From: Mobula hypostoma
Lineage: Eukaryota
Reading direction: 5' to 3'
Length of the DNA: 64,000 bases
Assembly: GCF_963921235.1 (NCBI RefSeq)
Contig: NC_086097.1
Span: 256,124,001 to 256,188,000 of the forward strand
Below, piece after piece: positions 12,937-24,775 of this stretch. The notes under the pieces were generated by a model, which had not been told where the DNA came from, searched no databases, and worked only from the letters and a program-made list of their open reading frames with translations. How positions within the stretch are numbered: position 1 is the first letter of the stretch; each line of letters begins with the position of its first letter. The position numbers were made by a program, and so were the translations under genes.

Positions 12937-13472
12937 CTTTGTAAAGACAGCTAAGGGCATTCCATACTGGTCTTCCTTGAGACCAGATATTAGACCTGGT
13001 GCTGTCACAGTCTCAACTGTATTTGCTTGTGGTTGCACAGTGATTGGTAAAAACTGCGAAACTATAGAATCTGAGATAAAAACCTCTTTTTGGTTGGTCT
13101 TATCATTCAGTCTCTCTTCCTTTGTCCCATTGTCTGCGTCAAGAACACTTGTGTCCAAAGTTTCCCAATCACTTTCAGATGAGTTAGGTGAAATATGTGC
13201 TGGAGGTGGTAATTGCAGCTGCAGTCTATCATCCCCTTGTTCAGACCTTTGTACATCTGAAAAGGTTACCACCTTTGCTGGAACATTTGTCTCATCATCG
13301 CCTGCTGAATATTTTGCTTCTAAACCAAATTCTGAAGTAACTCCAGCAACATCTGACACTGAAATGGAAACAAATTCTTCAGTATTTAGACCATGTTCCT
13401 GGAAAACATCTTCGGAAGTGCTCTTGCGTGGTTTATATTGTGATGAATCTGCTAAACCATGTTCTATCATTC
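12937..13472 (-). CDS. AVL9: AVL9 (DENN-like late secretory pathway protein) large internal coding exon, 536 nt
   Basis: Translation (G)MIEHGLADSSQYKPRKS...SSESDWETLD...LPITVQPQAN...PGLISGLKEDQYGMPLAVFTK matches vertebrate AVL9 as I recall it. Minus-strand acceptor ttttttag| before 13472, donor AAG|gtaact after 12937. Phase 1 start completes GGA with the preceding exon. Confidence 0.95.
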
Positions 13473-13860
13473 CTAAAAAAAGTACAAAATAAAAGCAGAT
13501 TGTAAATTGAATATAGTCTAATCTTTACATACAAAGAATTAGCCATTAACAGAACAAATATGTCCGATGTTCCTCATGAGACCACTGAGATACATAACTT
13601 AGCTTTTTAAAAAATGAAACATAGAATAGCTCAGCACAGTAAAGGCCCTTCGGCCCACAACCTACCTCCCATATAGCCCCCCACCTTAAATTCCTAAATA
13701 TACCTGTCTAGTAGTCTCTTAAACTTCACTAGTGTATCTTCCTCCACCACTGACTCAGGCAGTGCATTCCACGCACCAACCACTCTCTGAGTAAAAAACC
13801 TTCCTCTAATATCCCCCTTGAACTTCCCACCCCTTACCTTAAAGCCATGTACTCTTGTAT

Positions 13861-14078
13861 TGTAGTGATGTGCTACACAGAGAGCTAGAAATAACGACAC
13901 GCAGTCCGCAAGTTACACTCGAGACTCGTTTATTCAAACTTCGTGGCACAGGCTTTTAAGCAGTTCCCTTCCAGCCCTCCGCGGGCAGAAATGACGTCAG
14001 AGGTGATTACAAAAGTCTCTCCCCGCGCGAGGGCTATTTTGTGAGCCGGTTCGCTTGTGTAGAAAGTGGGTCGCCACA
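13861..14078 (-). repeat. Gypsy 3' LTR (218 bp)
   Basis: Direct repeat of 17860-18078. Confidence 0.95.
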
Positions 14079-14094
14079 TAACCGTCCCCCAGAA

Positions 14095-17000
14095 CCAGCG
14101 ATACACCCCCAGTGTCCACAGTCTGGATCAGTCTCTGTTTGGGAGGTCTGCCTCTGCGCCACGGTGCCTGAACCTCAACCGGCTGTGCCAAGTCCACATG
14201 GGTCAGTTTGAGTTGGTCCACCGTGAAAACCTCCTCTTTCCCCCCAATGTCCAGAATGTACGTGGACCCGTTGTTACTGATCACCTTGAACGGCCCCTCG
14301 TACGGCCACTGTAGCGGTGCCCGGTGTGCGCCGCTTCGTACGAATACAAACTTACAGTTCTGCAGGTCTTTGGGTACACAGGTTGGGATCTGTCTGTGCT
14401 GTGAACTCGGTACGGGGGCCAGGTTGCCAAGCCTTTCATGTAGTCTGTCCAGGACTGCTGTGGGTTCTTCGTCTTGCCCCCTTGAGGCTGGTATGAACTC
14501 TCCTGGGACGACCAGGGGTGCGCCGTACACCAGCTCGGCCGACGAGGTGTACAGACCCTCTTTGATTGCTGTGCGGATTCCGAGCAGGACCTAGGGAAGC
14601 TCGTCCACCCAGTTTGGCCCTTTCAGGCGGGCCATGAGAGCCGACTTTAAGTGACGGTGGAAGCGTTCCACTAGTCCGTTCGACTGTGGGTGGTAGGCAG
14701 TTGCATGGTGTAATTGTGTTCCCAACAGGCTGGCCACAGCCAACCACAGGCTGGAGGTGAACTGGGTGCCCCTGTCGGAGGTAATGTGGGCTGGTATCCC
14801 GAAGCGTGCTGCCCAGGTTGCAATCAGTGCTCGGGCGCAGGAATCAGCGGTGGTGTCATTGAGCGGGACCACCTCTGGCCATCTCGTGAACCGTTCTACC
14901 ATAGTTAGGAGGTACCGCGCTCCTCGCGTCACTGGCAAGGGCCCCACGATATCCACATGGATGTGGTCGAACCTCCAGCGAGTGTGCCGCTGTACCTTGG
15001 CTGTTTGGCACTGCGTGCACGTTTTGGCCCATTCGCTGACCTGTTTGCGAAGTCCGTGCCACATGAACTTGCTGGAGACCATCCGGGTGGTTGTCCTGAT
15101 AGATGGGTGCGCCAAGCCGTGTATGGAGTTGAAAACTTGCCGCTGCCAGGCTGCTGGGACAATGGGGCGAGGTTGGCCGGTAGCCACGTCAAACAGGAGG
15201 GTCCTCTCACCTGGGCCTACGAGGAAGTCTTGCAGCTGCAAACCCGAGACTGTGGTCCTGTAGCTGTGCATCTCGTCGTCTGCCTGCTGCGCTTCCGCCA
15301 GTGCTGCATAGTCCACCCCCTGGGACAGGGCCTGGATAGCTGGTCTGGAGCGCGCGTCCGCCATGACGTTGTCCTTTCCCGAGACATGCTGGATGTCCGT
15401 CGTGTACTCGGAGATGTAGGACAGATGTCGCTGCTGGCGGGCCGACCAGGGATCGGACACCTTCGTGAACGCGAAGGTCAACAGTTTGTGGTCCGTGAAT
15501 GCGGTGAACGGCCTGCCTTCTAAGAAGTACCTGAAATGCCGGATTGCCAGATATAGTGCCAACAGCTCCCGGTCGAAGGCACTGTACTTGAGTTCGGGTG
15601 GCCGTAGGTGCCTGCTGAAGAACGCCAGGGGTTGCCAGCACCCCTTGATGAGTTGCTCCAGCACCCCATCGACTGCTGTGCTGGACGCGTCCACTGTGAG
15701 AGCGGTTGGAACGTCCGTTCTGGGGTGCACCAGCATCGCGGCGTCTGCCAAGGCTTCCTTGGCTTTAACAAAAGCGGCCGCGGCCTCTTCGTCCCAAGTA
15801 ATGTCCTTGCCTTTACCCGACATCAGGGTGAATAAAGGGCACATGATACGGGCTGCTGAGGGGAGGAAGCAGTGGTAGAAGTTCACCATACCAACAAACT
15901 CCTGCTGGCCTTTGACTGTGTTGGGCCGGGCGAAGTGGCGGATCACGTCTACCTTGGTGGGCAGAGGTGTTGTCCCGTCTTTGGTAATCCTGTGGCCCAG
16001 GAAGTCGATGGTGTCGAGTCCGAACTGACATTTGGCCGGGTTGATCGTGAGACCGAAACCACTCAGGCGGGAGTAGAGCTGGCGGAGGTGGGACAGATGC
16101 TCCTGACGACTACTGCTGGCTATGAGGATGTTGTCCAAATAGATGAACTCAAAGTCCAGGTCGTGTCCCACCACATCCATTAGTTGCTGGAACGTCTGTG
16201 CAGCATTCTTCAGGCCGAACGGCATTCGGAGGAATTCGAACAGGCCGAACGGGGTGATGAGTGCTGTTTTGGGGATGTCTTCAGGGAGTACCAGGATTTG
16301 ATGGTACCCCCGGACGAGGTCTACTTTGGAAAAGGTGCTTGCCCCATGCAGGTTTGCTGCAAAGTCCTGTATGTGCGGCACGGGGTAGCGGTCTGGAGTT
16401 GTAGCCTTGTTCAGTCTGCGGTAGTCACCGCATGGTCTCCAGCCCCCGGCTGCTTTGGGCACCATGTGCAAGGGGAGGCCCATGGGCTGTCGGACCGCTG
16501 TACGATCCCCAATTCCTTCATCCTCTTGAACTCCTCCTTTGCCAGGCGGAGCTTGTCCGGGGGGAGCCTTCGTGCGCGGGCGTGAAGGGGTGGTCCCTCG
16601 GTTGGAATGTGGTGCTGTACTCCGTGTCTAAGCATGGCTGCTGTGAACTGCGGAGCCAGAACCGATGGAAAGTCCGCCAGGATTCTGGTGAATTCGTTGT
16701 CAGACAGCGTGATGGAGTCCAGGTGTGGGGCCGGCAACTTGGCTTCACCCAGGGAGAACGCCTGGAAAGTCTTGGCATGGACCAGTCTTTTCCCTTGCAA
16801 GTCAACCAGCAGGCTGTGGGCTCGCAAGAAGTCCGCCCCCAGGAGTGGTTGGGCCACGGTGGCCAGTGTGAAGTCCCACGTGAACTGGCTGGTGCCGAAC
16901 TGCAGCTGCACTGTGCGGGTGCCGTAGGTCCGAACCGTGCTGTCGTTTGCGGCCCTCAGGGTGGGCCCCAGCTCCCTGTTGCGGGTGTCGTACCCCGACG

Positions 17001-17095
17001 GGGGTAAGACGCTGATCTCTGCTCCGGTGTCGACCAAGAAGCGGCGTCCCGACTGCATGTACCAGACGTACAGGAGGCTGTCCTAGTGGCCAGCT
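14095..17095 (-). pseudogene. Gypsy pol (protease, RT, RNase H, integrase), disrupted
   Basis: FLVDTGAEIS protease. RT has YLDN instead of Yx[15 protein letters not shown]ase H; HHCC plus DIVGP/SDRG/GLVER integrase; PYEGPF C-terminus. Frameshift near 16480 and a stop at 14591. Confidence 0.92.
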
Positions 17096-17105
17096 GCCAT
17101 AGCCA

Positions 17106-17820
17106 TTAGCAGCGGCTGGCCCTGGCATTTCCAGGGAACTTGCAGAGCGGGCGACAACGGCGGGCTTCTGTGCCCCACCGCTGGTGGTAGAAACACCACT
17201 GTTCATTGGCCTCCTCACTCCTGCCTCTGGGTTGTGTGCGCTCCATTGCCAGGCCTGGTCTGGCCTGCTGTTGGGCACGTGGCTTGGTAATCTGTCCAAC
17301 GGATGCCCCACTCTCCCTCTTGGCTTTCCACAGCATGTCTGCCTGAGCCGCTACCTTCCGGGGGTCACTGAAATCTGTGTTGGCCAGCAGCAGATGTATG
17401 TCCTCGGGCAGTTGTTCTAGGAACGCCTGCTCAAGCATGAGGCAGGGCTTGTGTCCTTCAGCCAGGGCCAGCATCTTGTTCATTAATGCTGACGGCGGCC
17501 TGTCTCCTAAGCCGTCCAGGTGCAGCAAGTGGGCACCCCACTCACACTGTGAGAGGCCAAAGGTCTCTATGAGCAGTGCTTTGAATGTTGCATATTTGCC
17601 TTCTTCGGGGGGGGGGGGGGGTGACAGTATGAAATCCCCAACTCGTGCGGCTGTCTTCTGGTCAAGGGAGCTCACCACGTAATAGTAACGTGTGGAATCC
17701 GAAGATTATCTGCCGAATCTGGAACTGGGCTTCTGCTTGGTCAAACCACACGCGTGGTCGCAGCATCCAGGAAGTTGGCAGTTTTAGCGAAACTGTGTGA
17801 ACAGATGAAGAGTCGATCAT
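17106..17820 (-). pseudogene. Gypsy gag (frameshifted)
   Basis: SLKLP..W...PRVWFDQAEAQF in ORF 17662-17859, continuing in 17106-17678 with LGDRPPSALM and C-terminal CFYHQRWG..ARRC..PLC. Confidence 0.85.
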
Positions 17821-17844
17821 CTTTGGTCCAAATCCCGTTTGGAC

Positions 17845-17858
17845 CGTCGGGGTCACCA
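17845..17858 (-). promoter_or_regulatory. Primer-binding site complementary to the tRNA-Trp 3' end
   Basis: Minus strand TGGTGACCCCGACG; the plus strand CGTCGGGGTCACCA equals the vertebrate tRNA-Trp(CCA) 3' end as recalled. Confidence 0.85.
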
Positions 17859-17859
17859 A

Positions 17860-18078
17860 TGTAGCGATGTGCTACACACACAGCTAGAAATAGCGACACG
17901 CAGTCTGTAAGTCGCACTCGAGACTCGTTTATTCAAACTTCGCGGCACTGGGTTTTAAGCAGATCCCTTCCAGCCCTCCCCGGACGGAAATGACGTCAGA
18001 GGTGCACCACAAAATTCTCTCCCTGCACGCGGACTATCTTGTGAGCCGGTTTGCTTGTGTAGAAAGTGGGTCGCCACA
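17860..18078 (-). repeat. Gypsy 5' LTR (219 bp)
   Basis: Direct repeat of 13861-14078, adjacent to the PBS. Confidence 0.95.
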
Positions 18079-18244
18079 GTATTGAGCAGTGGTGCCCTGG
18101 GGAAGAGGCACTGGCTATCCACTCTATCTATTCCTCTTAATATCTTGTATACCTCTATCATGTCTCCTCTCATCACATCAAACCCCAGTACAAAGAGAGG
18201 AGCTCCAAATTCACACTGATCAAAGACAATCAGGAGTAGGTTTG

Positions 18245-18712
18245 GACCATAAGATACGGAGCAAATTAGGCTATTTGGCCCATTGAGTCTGCTCCACAAT
18301 TTCATCACAGCTGATTAATTTTCCTCTCAGCCCCAATCTCCTGCCTTCTCCACGTATCCCTTCATGCACTGACCAGTCAAGAATCTATCAAACTCTGCCT
18401 TAAATATACATAAAGACTTGGTCTCCACAGCTGCCCATGGCCAAAAAATTCACAGATTCTCCACTCTCTGGCTAAAGAAATTTCTTATCTCTGTTCTAAA
18501 AGGATGCTCCTCTATTCTGAGGCTGTGTCCTCTGGTCTTAGACCCTCCCATCATAGGAAACCTCCCCTCCACATCCATTCTATCAAGACATTTCACCATT
18601 CAATAGGTTTCAATGAGGTCACCCTCATTCTTTTGAATTCCAGTGAATACAGATCCAGAGCCATCAAATGCTCTTCATATGACAAGCCGTTCAATCCTGG
18701 AATCATATTTGT
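18245..18712 (-). mobile_element. CR1 3' fragment
   Basis: CR1 ORF2 C-terminus and 3' UTR with gaccataaga tail. Confidence 0.85.
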
Positions 18713-18714
18713 GT

Positions 18715-19265
18715 ACATAGAACATACTTGTTACATACACCTGTTAGGGTGCATCCTCCAGTTACCTTATAAGGTAACCGTAGCCTTCAGCCAGGAGCAG
18801 ATGTCATCAGGTGGTTCCCAACCTTCACCGGGTGTTTCGACCCTTAACCACGACACTCTCCAGTTGGTGGTCCGGCAGTGGTGGCCAAATCACTGCCCGT
18901 CTGCTCCTAGCTTCCAGCTCCCCTCCTCTCGCCTACTCCAAATCCAACAAAAAGCTCGTTCTGCCTCTTCCCCCATCCTACGAGCTGCTTTTTTTTTGCT
19001 CCTTTCGTTCAGGCCCAGATCTGACAACAACCGCCATGCTGATTTGGCTGGGAAACCTCTGCAGCCGATCTCCACAGGGAACAACCATGCCTGCCATCCC
19101 TTGTCTTTGCACTCCTGCAGTAAGGGCTGGTACTTCAAGGCCTTTCTCTCATGGGCCTGTTCCCATCCCTCCTCCCACGGCACAGTCAACTCAACGAGAA
19201 TTATTTTATTGTCTTCCGTTGACCACAGTACAATGTCCGGGCGTAGGGTTGTGTGCAACACATCT
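18715..19265 (-). mobile_element. 5'-truncated R2-superfamily non-LTR element (HERO-like): restriction-like endonuclease plus 3' UTR
   Basis: TTLRPDIVLWS...IILVELTVPWEE...AHERKALKY...PVEIGCRGF: PD-(D/E)xK RLE signature typical of the HERO clade. Confidence 0.85.
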
Positions 19266-22200
19266 TGTATTGAACAGTGGTGTCCTGGAGAGAGGCGCTG
19301 GCTATCCACTCTATCTATTCCTCTTATTATCTTGTACACCTCTATCATGTCTGCTCTCATCCTCCTTCTCTCCAAAGAGTAAAGCCCTTAGCTTCCTTAA
19401 TCTCTGATCATAATGCATACTGTCTAAACCAGGCAGCATTCTGGTAAATCTCCTCTGTACCCTTTCCAATGCTTCCACATCCTTCCTATAGTGAGGCGAC
19501 CAGAACTGGACACAGTACTCCAAGTGTGGCCTAACCAGAGTTTTTTAGAGCTGCATCATTACATCGCGACTCTTAAACTCTATCCCTCGACTTATGAAAG
19601 CTAACACCCCATAAGCTTTTTTAACTACCCTATCCACCTGTAAGGCAACTTCCAGGGATCTGTGGACATGTACCCCCAGATCCCTCTGCTCCTCCACACT
19701 ACCAAGTATCCTGCCACTTACTTTGTACTGTGCCTTGGAGTTTGTCCTTCCAAAGTGTACCACCTCACACTTCTCCGGGTTGAACTCCATCTGCCACTTC
19801 TCAGCCCGTTTCTGCATCCTATCAATCTCTCTCTGCAATCATTGACAATCCCCTACACTATATACAACACCACCAACCTTTGTGTTGTCTGCAAACTTGC
19901 CAACCCACCCTCCTACCCCCACATCCAGGTTGTTAATAAAAACCACGAAAAGTCGAGGTCCCAGAATAGATCCTTGTGGGACGCCACTAGTCACAATCCT
20001 CCAATCTGAATGTACTCCCTCCACCATGGCCCTCTGCCTTCTGCAGGCAAGTCAATTCTGAATTCACCTGGCCAAACTTCCCTGGATCCCATGCCTTCTG
20101 ACTTTCTGAATAAGCCTACCATGTGAAACCTTGTCAAATACCTTACTAAAATCCATATAGATCACATCCACTGCACTACCCTCATCTATGTGCCTGGTCA
20201 CCTCCTCAAAGAACTCTATCAGGCTTGTTAGACACGATCTGCCCTTCACGAGGCCATGCTGACTGTCCCTGATCAGACCATGATTCTCTAAATGCCCACA
20301 GACCCCATCTTTAAGAATCTTTTCCAACAGTTTTCCCACGACAGACGTAAGGCTCACTGGTCTATAATTACCTGGACTATCCCTACTACCTTTTTTGAAA
20401 AAGGGGACAACATTCGCCTCCCTCCAAACCTCCGGTATCATTCCCATGGACAACAAGACATAAAGACCCTAGCCAGAGGCTCAGCAATCTCTTCCCTCGC
20501 CTCGTGGAGCAGCCTGGGGAATATTCCGTCAGGCCCCGGGGCCTTATCCGTCCTAATGTATTTTAACAACTCCAACAACTCCTCTCCCTTAATATCAACA
20601 TGCTCCAGAACATCAACCTCACTCATATTGTCCTCACCATCATTATCTCACTCAGATTATTATCTGAATACTGGCCGATTAGGAAAAGGGGAGGTGCAAC
20701 GAGACCTGGGTGTCATTATACACCAGTCATTGAAAGTGGGCATGCAGGTACAGCAGGCGGTGAAAAAGGCGAATGGTATGCTGGCATTTATAGCAAGAGG
20801 ATTCGAGTACAGGAGCAGGGAGGTACTACTGCAGTTGTACAAGGCCTTGGTGAGACCACACCTGGAGTATTGTGTGCAGTTTTGGTCTCCTAATCTGAGG
20901 AAAGACATCTTTGCCATAGAGGGAGTACAAAGAAGGTTCACCAGATTGATTCCTGGGATGGCAGGTCTTTCATATGAAGAAAGACTGGATGAACTGGGCT
21001 TGTACTCGTTGGAATTTAGAAGATTGAGGGGGGATCTAATTGAAACGTATAAGATCCTAAAGGGATTGGACAGGCTAGATGCGGGAAGATTGTTCCCGAT
21101 GTTGGGGAGGTCCAGAACGAGGGGTCACAGTTTGAGGATAGAGGGGAAGCCTTTTAGGACCGAGATTAGGAAAAACTTCTTCACACAGAGAGTTGTGAAT
21201 CTGTGGAATTCTCTGCCACAGCAAACTGTTGAGGCCAGTTCATTGGCTATGTTTAAGAGGGAGTTAGATATGGCCCTTGTGGCTACAGGGGTCAGGGGGT
21301 ATGGAGGGAAGGCTGGGTTCTGAGTTGGATGATCAACCATGATCATAATAAATGGCGGTGCAGGCTCGAGGGGCCGAATGGCCTACTCCTGCACCTATTT
21401 TCTATGTTTCTATGTTTCTATCATCAAGTTCCCTCTCATTGGTGAATACCGAAGAGAAGTATTCATTGAGGACCTCGCTCACTTCCACAGCCTCCAGGCA
21501 CATCTTCCCACCTTTATCTCTAATCCGTCCTACCTTCACTCCTGTCATCCTTTTGTTCTTCACATAACTGAAGAATGCCTTGGGGTTTTCCTTTTACCCT
21601 ATTTACCAAGGCCTTCTCATGCCCCCTTCTTGCTCTTCTCAGCCCCTTCTTAAGCTCCTTTCTTGCTTCCCTATGTTCCTCAATAGACCCATCTGATCCT
21701 TGCTTCCTAAACCTCATGTATGCTGCCTTCTTCCACCTGACTAGATTTTCCACCTCACTTGTCACCCATGGTTCCTTCACCCTACCATTCTTTATCTTAC
21801 TCACTGGGACAAATGTATCCCTAACATCCTGCAAGAGATCTCTAAACATCGACCACATGTCCATAGTACATTTCTCTGCAAAAACATCATCCCAATTCAC
21901 ACCCGCAAGTTCTAGTCTTATAGCCTCATAACTTGCCCCTCCCCAATTAAAAATTTTCCTGTCCTCTTGGATTTTATCCTTTTCCATGATAATGCGAAAG
22001 GCCAGGGAGCGGTGGTCACTGTCCCCCAGATGCTCACCCACTGAGAGATCTGTGACCTGACCCGCTTCATTACCTAGTACTAGATCTAGTATGGCATTCC
22101 CCCTAGTCAGCCTGTCCACATACTGTGACAGGAGTCCGTCTTGGTCACACTTAGCAAACTCTGCCCCATCTAAACCCTTGGAACTAATCAGGTGCCAATC

Positions 22201-22412
22201 AATATTAGGGAAGTTAAAGTCACCCATGATAACAACCCTGTTATTTTTGCACCTTTCCAAAATCTGCCTCCCAATCTGCTCCTCTGTATCTCTGCTGCTA
22301 CAATGAGGCCTACAGAATACCCCCAATACAGTAACTGTTCCCTTCCTGTTCCTGACTTCCATCCATCCTGACTCAAAAGAGGATCCTGCTACATTACCCA
22401 CCCTTTCTGTAG
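19264..22412 (-). mobile_element. CR1 LINE ORF2 (APE to RT), degenerate, interrupted at ~20655-21420
   Basis: GDFNFPNIDW, ILDLVL, SDH, KAPGPDG, QHG, SGVPQGS motifs. Confidence 0.92.
20655..21420 (+). mobile_element. Young 5'-truncated CR1 insertion
   Basis: Open C-terminal ORF, (tttctatg)n tail, near-identical to the reverse complement of 29222-29980. Confidence 0.93.
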
Positions 22413-22531
22413 CTTTCCAGTTTCAGCACATCCTTCCTAAGATAAGGGACCCAGAACTGCTCACGATACTCCAAGTGAGGCCTCAGCAGTGCTTTATAAA
22501 GTCTCAACATTACATCCTTGCTTTTCTATTC

Positions 22532-24310
22532 TGCCCATCCCCCACATGAGCCATCTGTTGTCGGCCCCCGATCAATACATATTCCACTCTCCCCTCCTAC
22601 CCCTCCTCACAGTCCCCCACCCTGCTCTCATGACTATACCCCTCCCCCACACGAAACCACCACCGTGGGCTTCACGACTGAACAGGTGAGAAGACAGCTG
22701 AAACGTCTCAACCCAAGCAAGGCTGCAGGACCAGATGGTGTCAGTACCAGGGTGCTCAAAGCCTGTGCCCCTCAGCTATGTGGAGTACTTCGCCATGTAT
22801 TCAACATGAGCCTGAGGCTCCGGAGGGTTCCTGTACTGTGGAAGACGTCCTGCCTCGTCCCTGTGCCAATGACGCCGCGCCCCAGCAGCCTCAATGACTA
22901 CAGACCGGTGGCATTGACCTCCCACATCATGAAGACCCTGGAGAGACTTGTTCTGGAGCTGCTCCGGCCTATGGTCAGGCCACACTTAGTTCCCCTCCAG
23001 TTTGCCCACCAGCCCCGACTAGGAGTTGAGGATGCCATCGTCTACCTGCTGAACCGTGTCCACGCCCACCTGGACAAGCCAGCGAGCACTGTGAGGGTCA
23101 TGTTTTTTGACTTCTCCAGGGCGTTCAACACCATCCGCCCTGCTCTGCTGGGGGAGAAGCTGACAGAATTGCAGGTGGATGCTTCCCTGGTATCATGGAT
23201 TCTTGATTACCTGACTGGCAGACCACAGTACGTGTGCTTGCAACACTGTGTGTCCAACAGAGTGATCAGCAGCACTGGGGATCCACAGGGGACTGTCTTG
23301 TCTCCCTTTCTCTTCACCATTTACACCTCGGACTTCAACTACTGCACAGAGTGTTGTCATCTTCAGAAGTTTTCGGATGACTCTGCCATAGTTGGATGCA
23401 TCAGCAAGGGAGATGAGGCTGAGCACAGGGCTAAGGTAGGAAACTTTGTCACATGGTGTGAGCAGAATTATCAGCAGCTTAATGTCAAAAAGACTAAGGA
23501 GCTGGTGGTAGACCTGAAGAGAGCTAAGGTACCGGTGACCCCTGTTTCCATCCAGGGGGTCAGTGTGGACAGGGTGGAGGATTACAAATACCTGGGGATA
23601 CGTATTGACAATAAATTGGACTGGTCTAAGAACACTGAGGCTGTCTACAAGAAGGGTCAGAACCGTCTCTATTTCCTGAGGAGACTGAGGTCCTTTAACA
23701 TCTGCTAGACGATGCTGAGGATATTCTACGAGTCTGTGGTGGCCAGTGCTATCATGTTTGCTGTTGTGTGCTGGGGCAGCAGGCTGAGGGTAGCAGACAC
23801 CAACAGAATCAACAAACTCATTCGTAAGGCCAGTGATGTTGTGGGGATGGAACTGGGCTCTCTCACGGTGGTGTCTGAAAGGAGGATGCTGTCCAAGTTG
23901 CGTGCCATCTTGGTCAATGTCTCCCATCCACTACATAATGTAATGGGTGGGCACAGGAGTACATTCAGCCAGAGAGTCATTCCTCCGAGATGCAGCACAG
24001 AGCGTCATAGGAAGTCATTCCTGCCTGTGGCCATCAAACTTCACAACTCCCCCCTTGGAGGATCAGACACCCTGAGCCGATAGGCTGGTCCTGGACTTAT
24101 TTCATAATTTACTGGCATAATTTACATATTACTATTTAACTATTTATTACTATTTTCTATTACTATTCTATTACTATTTATTATTTCTATGACTATTACT
24201 ATTTACTAATAGTAATATTACGATTACTATTTCTATTACTATTTATTATTCATGGCGCAACTGTAACGAAAACCAATTTCCTCCGGGATTGATAAAGTAT
24301 GACTATGACT
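22532..24310 (+). mobile_element. Rex1/Babar LINE, 5'-truncated, RT almost intact
   Basis: KAAGPDG, NDYRPVALTS, FFDFSRAFNTI, PQGTVLSP, KFSDDSAIVG. One stop at 23706-23708; aaagtatgactatgact tail. Confidence 0.93.
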
Positions 24311-24775
24311 ATATTCTAGTCCTCTTGAAACGAATGCTAACATTCCATTTGCCTTCCTCACCACACATTCAACCTGCAAATTAACCTTTAGGGAATCCTG
24401 GACAAGGATTCCCAAGTCCCTTTGCGCCTCATTTTTTTGTATTTTCTCTCTATTTAGAAAATAGTCAACCTTTTTATATCTTTACATTACAGGCCCTTTG
24501 GCCAGCACTTCCCGACACTGTATTTCATCTGTCATTTCTTTGCCCATTCTCCTAATCTGTCTAAGTCCTGCTGGAGCCTATTTCCTCAAAACTAAGGTGG
24601 TGCTAGAAAGTTTGTGAAACCTGTAGAATTTTCTCGGTTTCTGCATAAATATGACCTAAAATGTGATCAGATCTTCACGCAAGTCCTAAAATTAGATAAA
24701 GAGAACCAAAATTTAATAAACAACACAAAAACATTATACTTGCTCATTTGTTTATTGAGAGAAATGATCCAATAT

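Larger units (their letters stand above)
13861..18078 (-). mobile_element. Full-length Ty3/Gypsy LTR retrotransposon (4218 bp), 4-bp TSD GTAT, defective
   Basis: Two TG...CA LTRs, PBS, PPT (minus gggggacggtta next to the 3' LTR), domain order gag-PR-RT-RNaseH-IN, TSD at 13857-13860 and 18079-18082. Confidence 0.97.
13615..18175 (-). mobile_element. Short CR1 3' fragment (13615-13860 + 18079-18175) split by the Gypsy insertion
   Basis: The two halves rejoin as ...ctcttgtat|tgagcagtggtgccctgg..., the same family as 1136-1531. Confidence 0.88.

Noticed and set aside
12914..13492. 192-aa plus-strand ORF overlapping the AVL9 exon
   Set aside because: Antisense shadow of a real coding exon; no recognisable protein.
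14066..17682. Many overlapping ORFs on both strands in the GC-rich Gypsy interior
   Set aside because: Alternative-frame and antisense shadows caused by high GC content; there is no room for an env or extra gene between integrase and the 3' LTR.
18800..18845. GAAAC...CTGATGA on the minus strand of the HERO 3' UTR as a type II hammerhead
   Set aside because: The required UH after stem III is absent (reads GTG-AA) and no convincing stem II forms.
20292..21323. 343-aa ORF with an unusual N-terminus
   Set aside because: Chance read-through from the antisense strand of one CR1 into a nested sense CR1.
24125..24250. AT-rich tattact-type low-complexity tract
   Set aside because: Slippage expansion in the Rex1 3' UTR; no independent structure.
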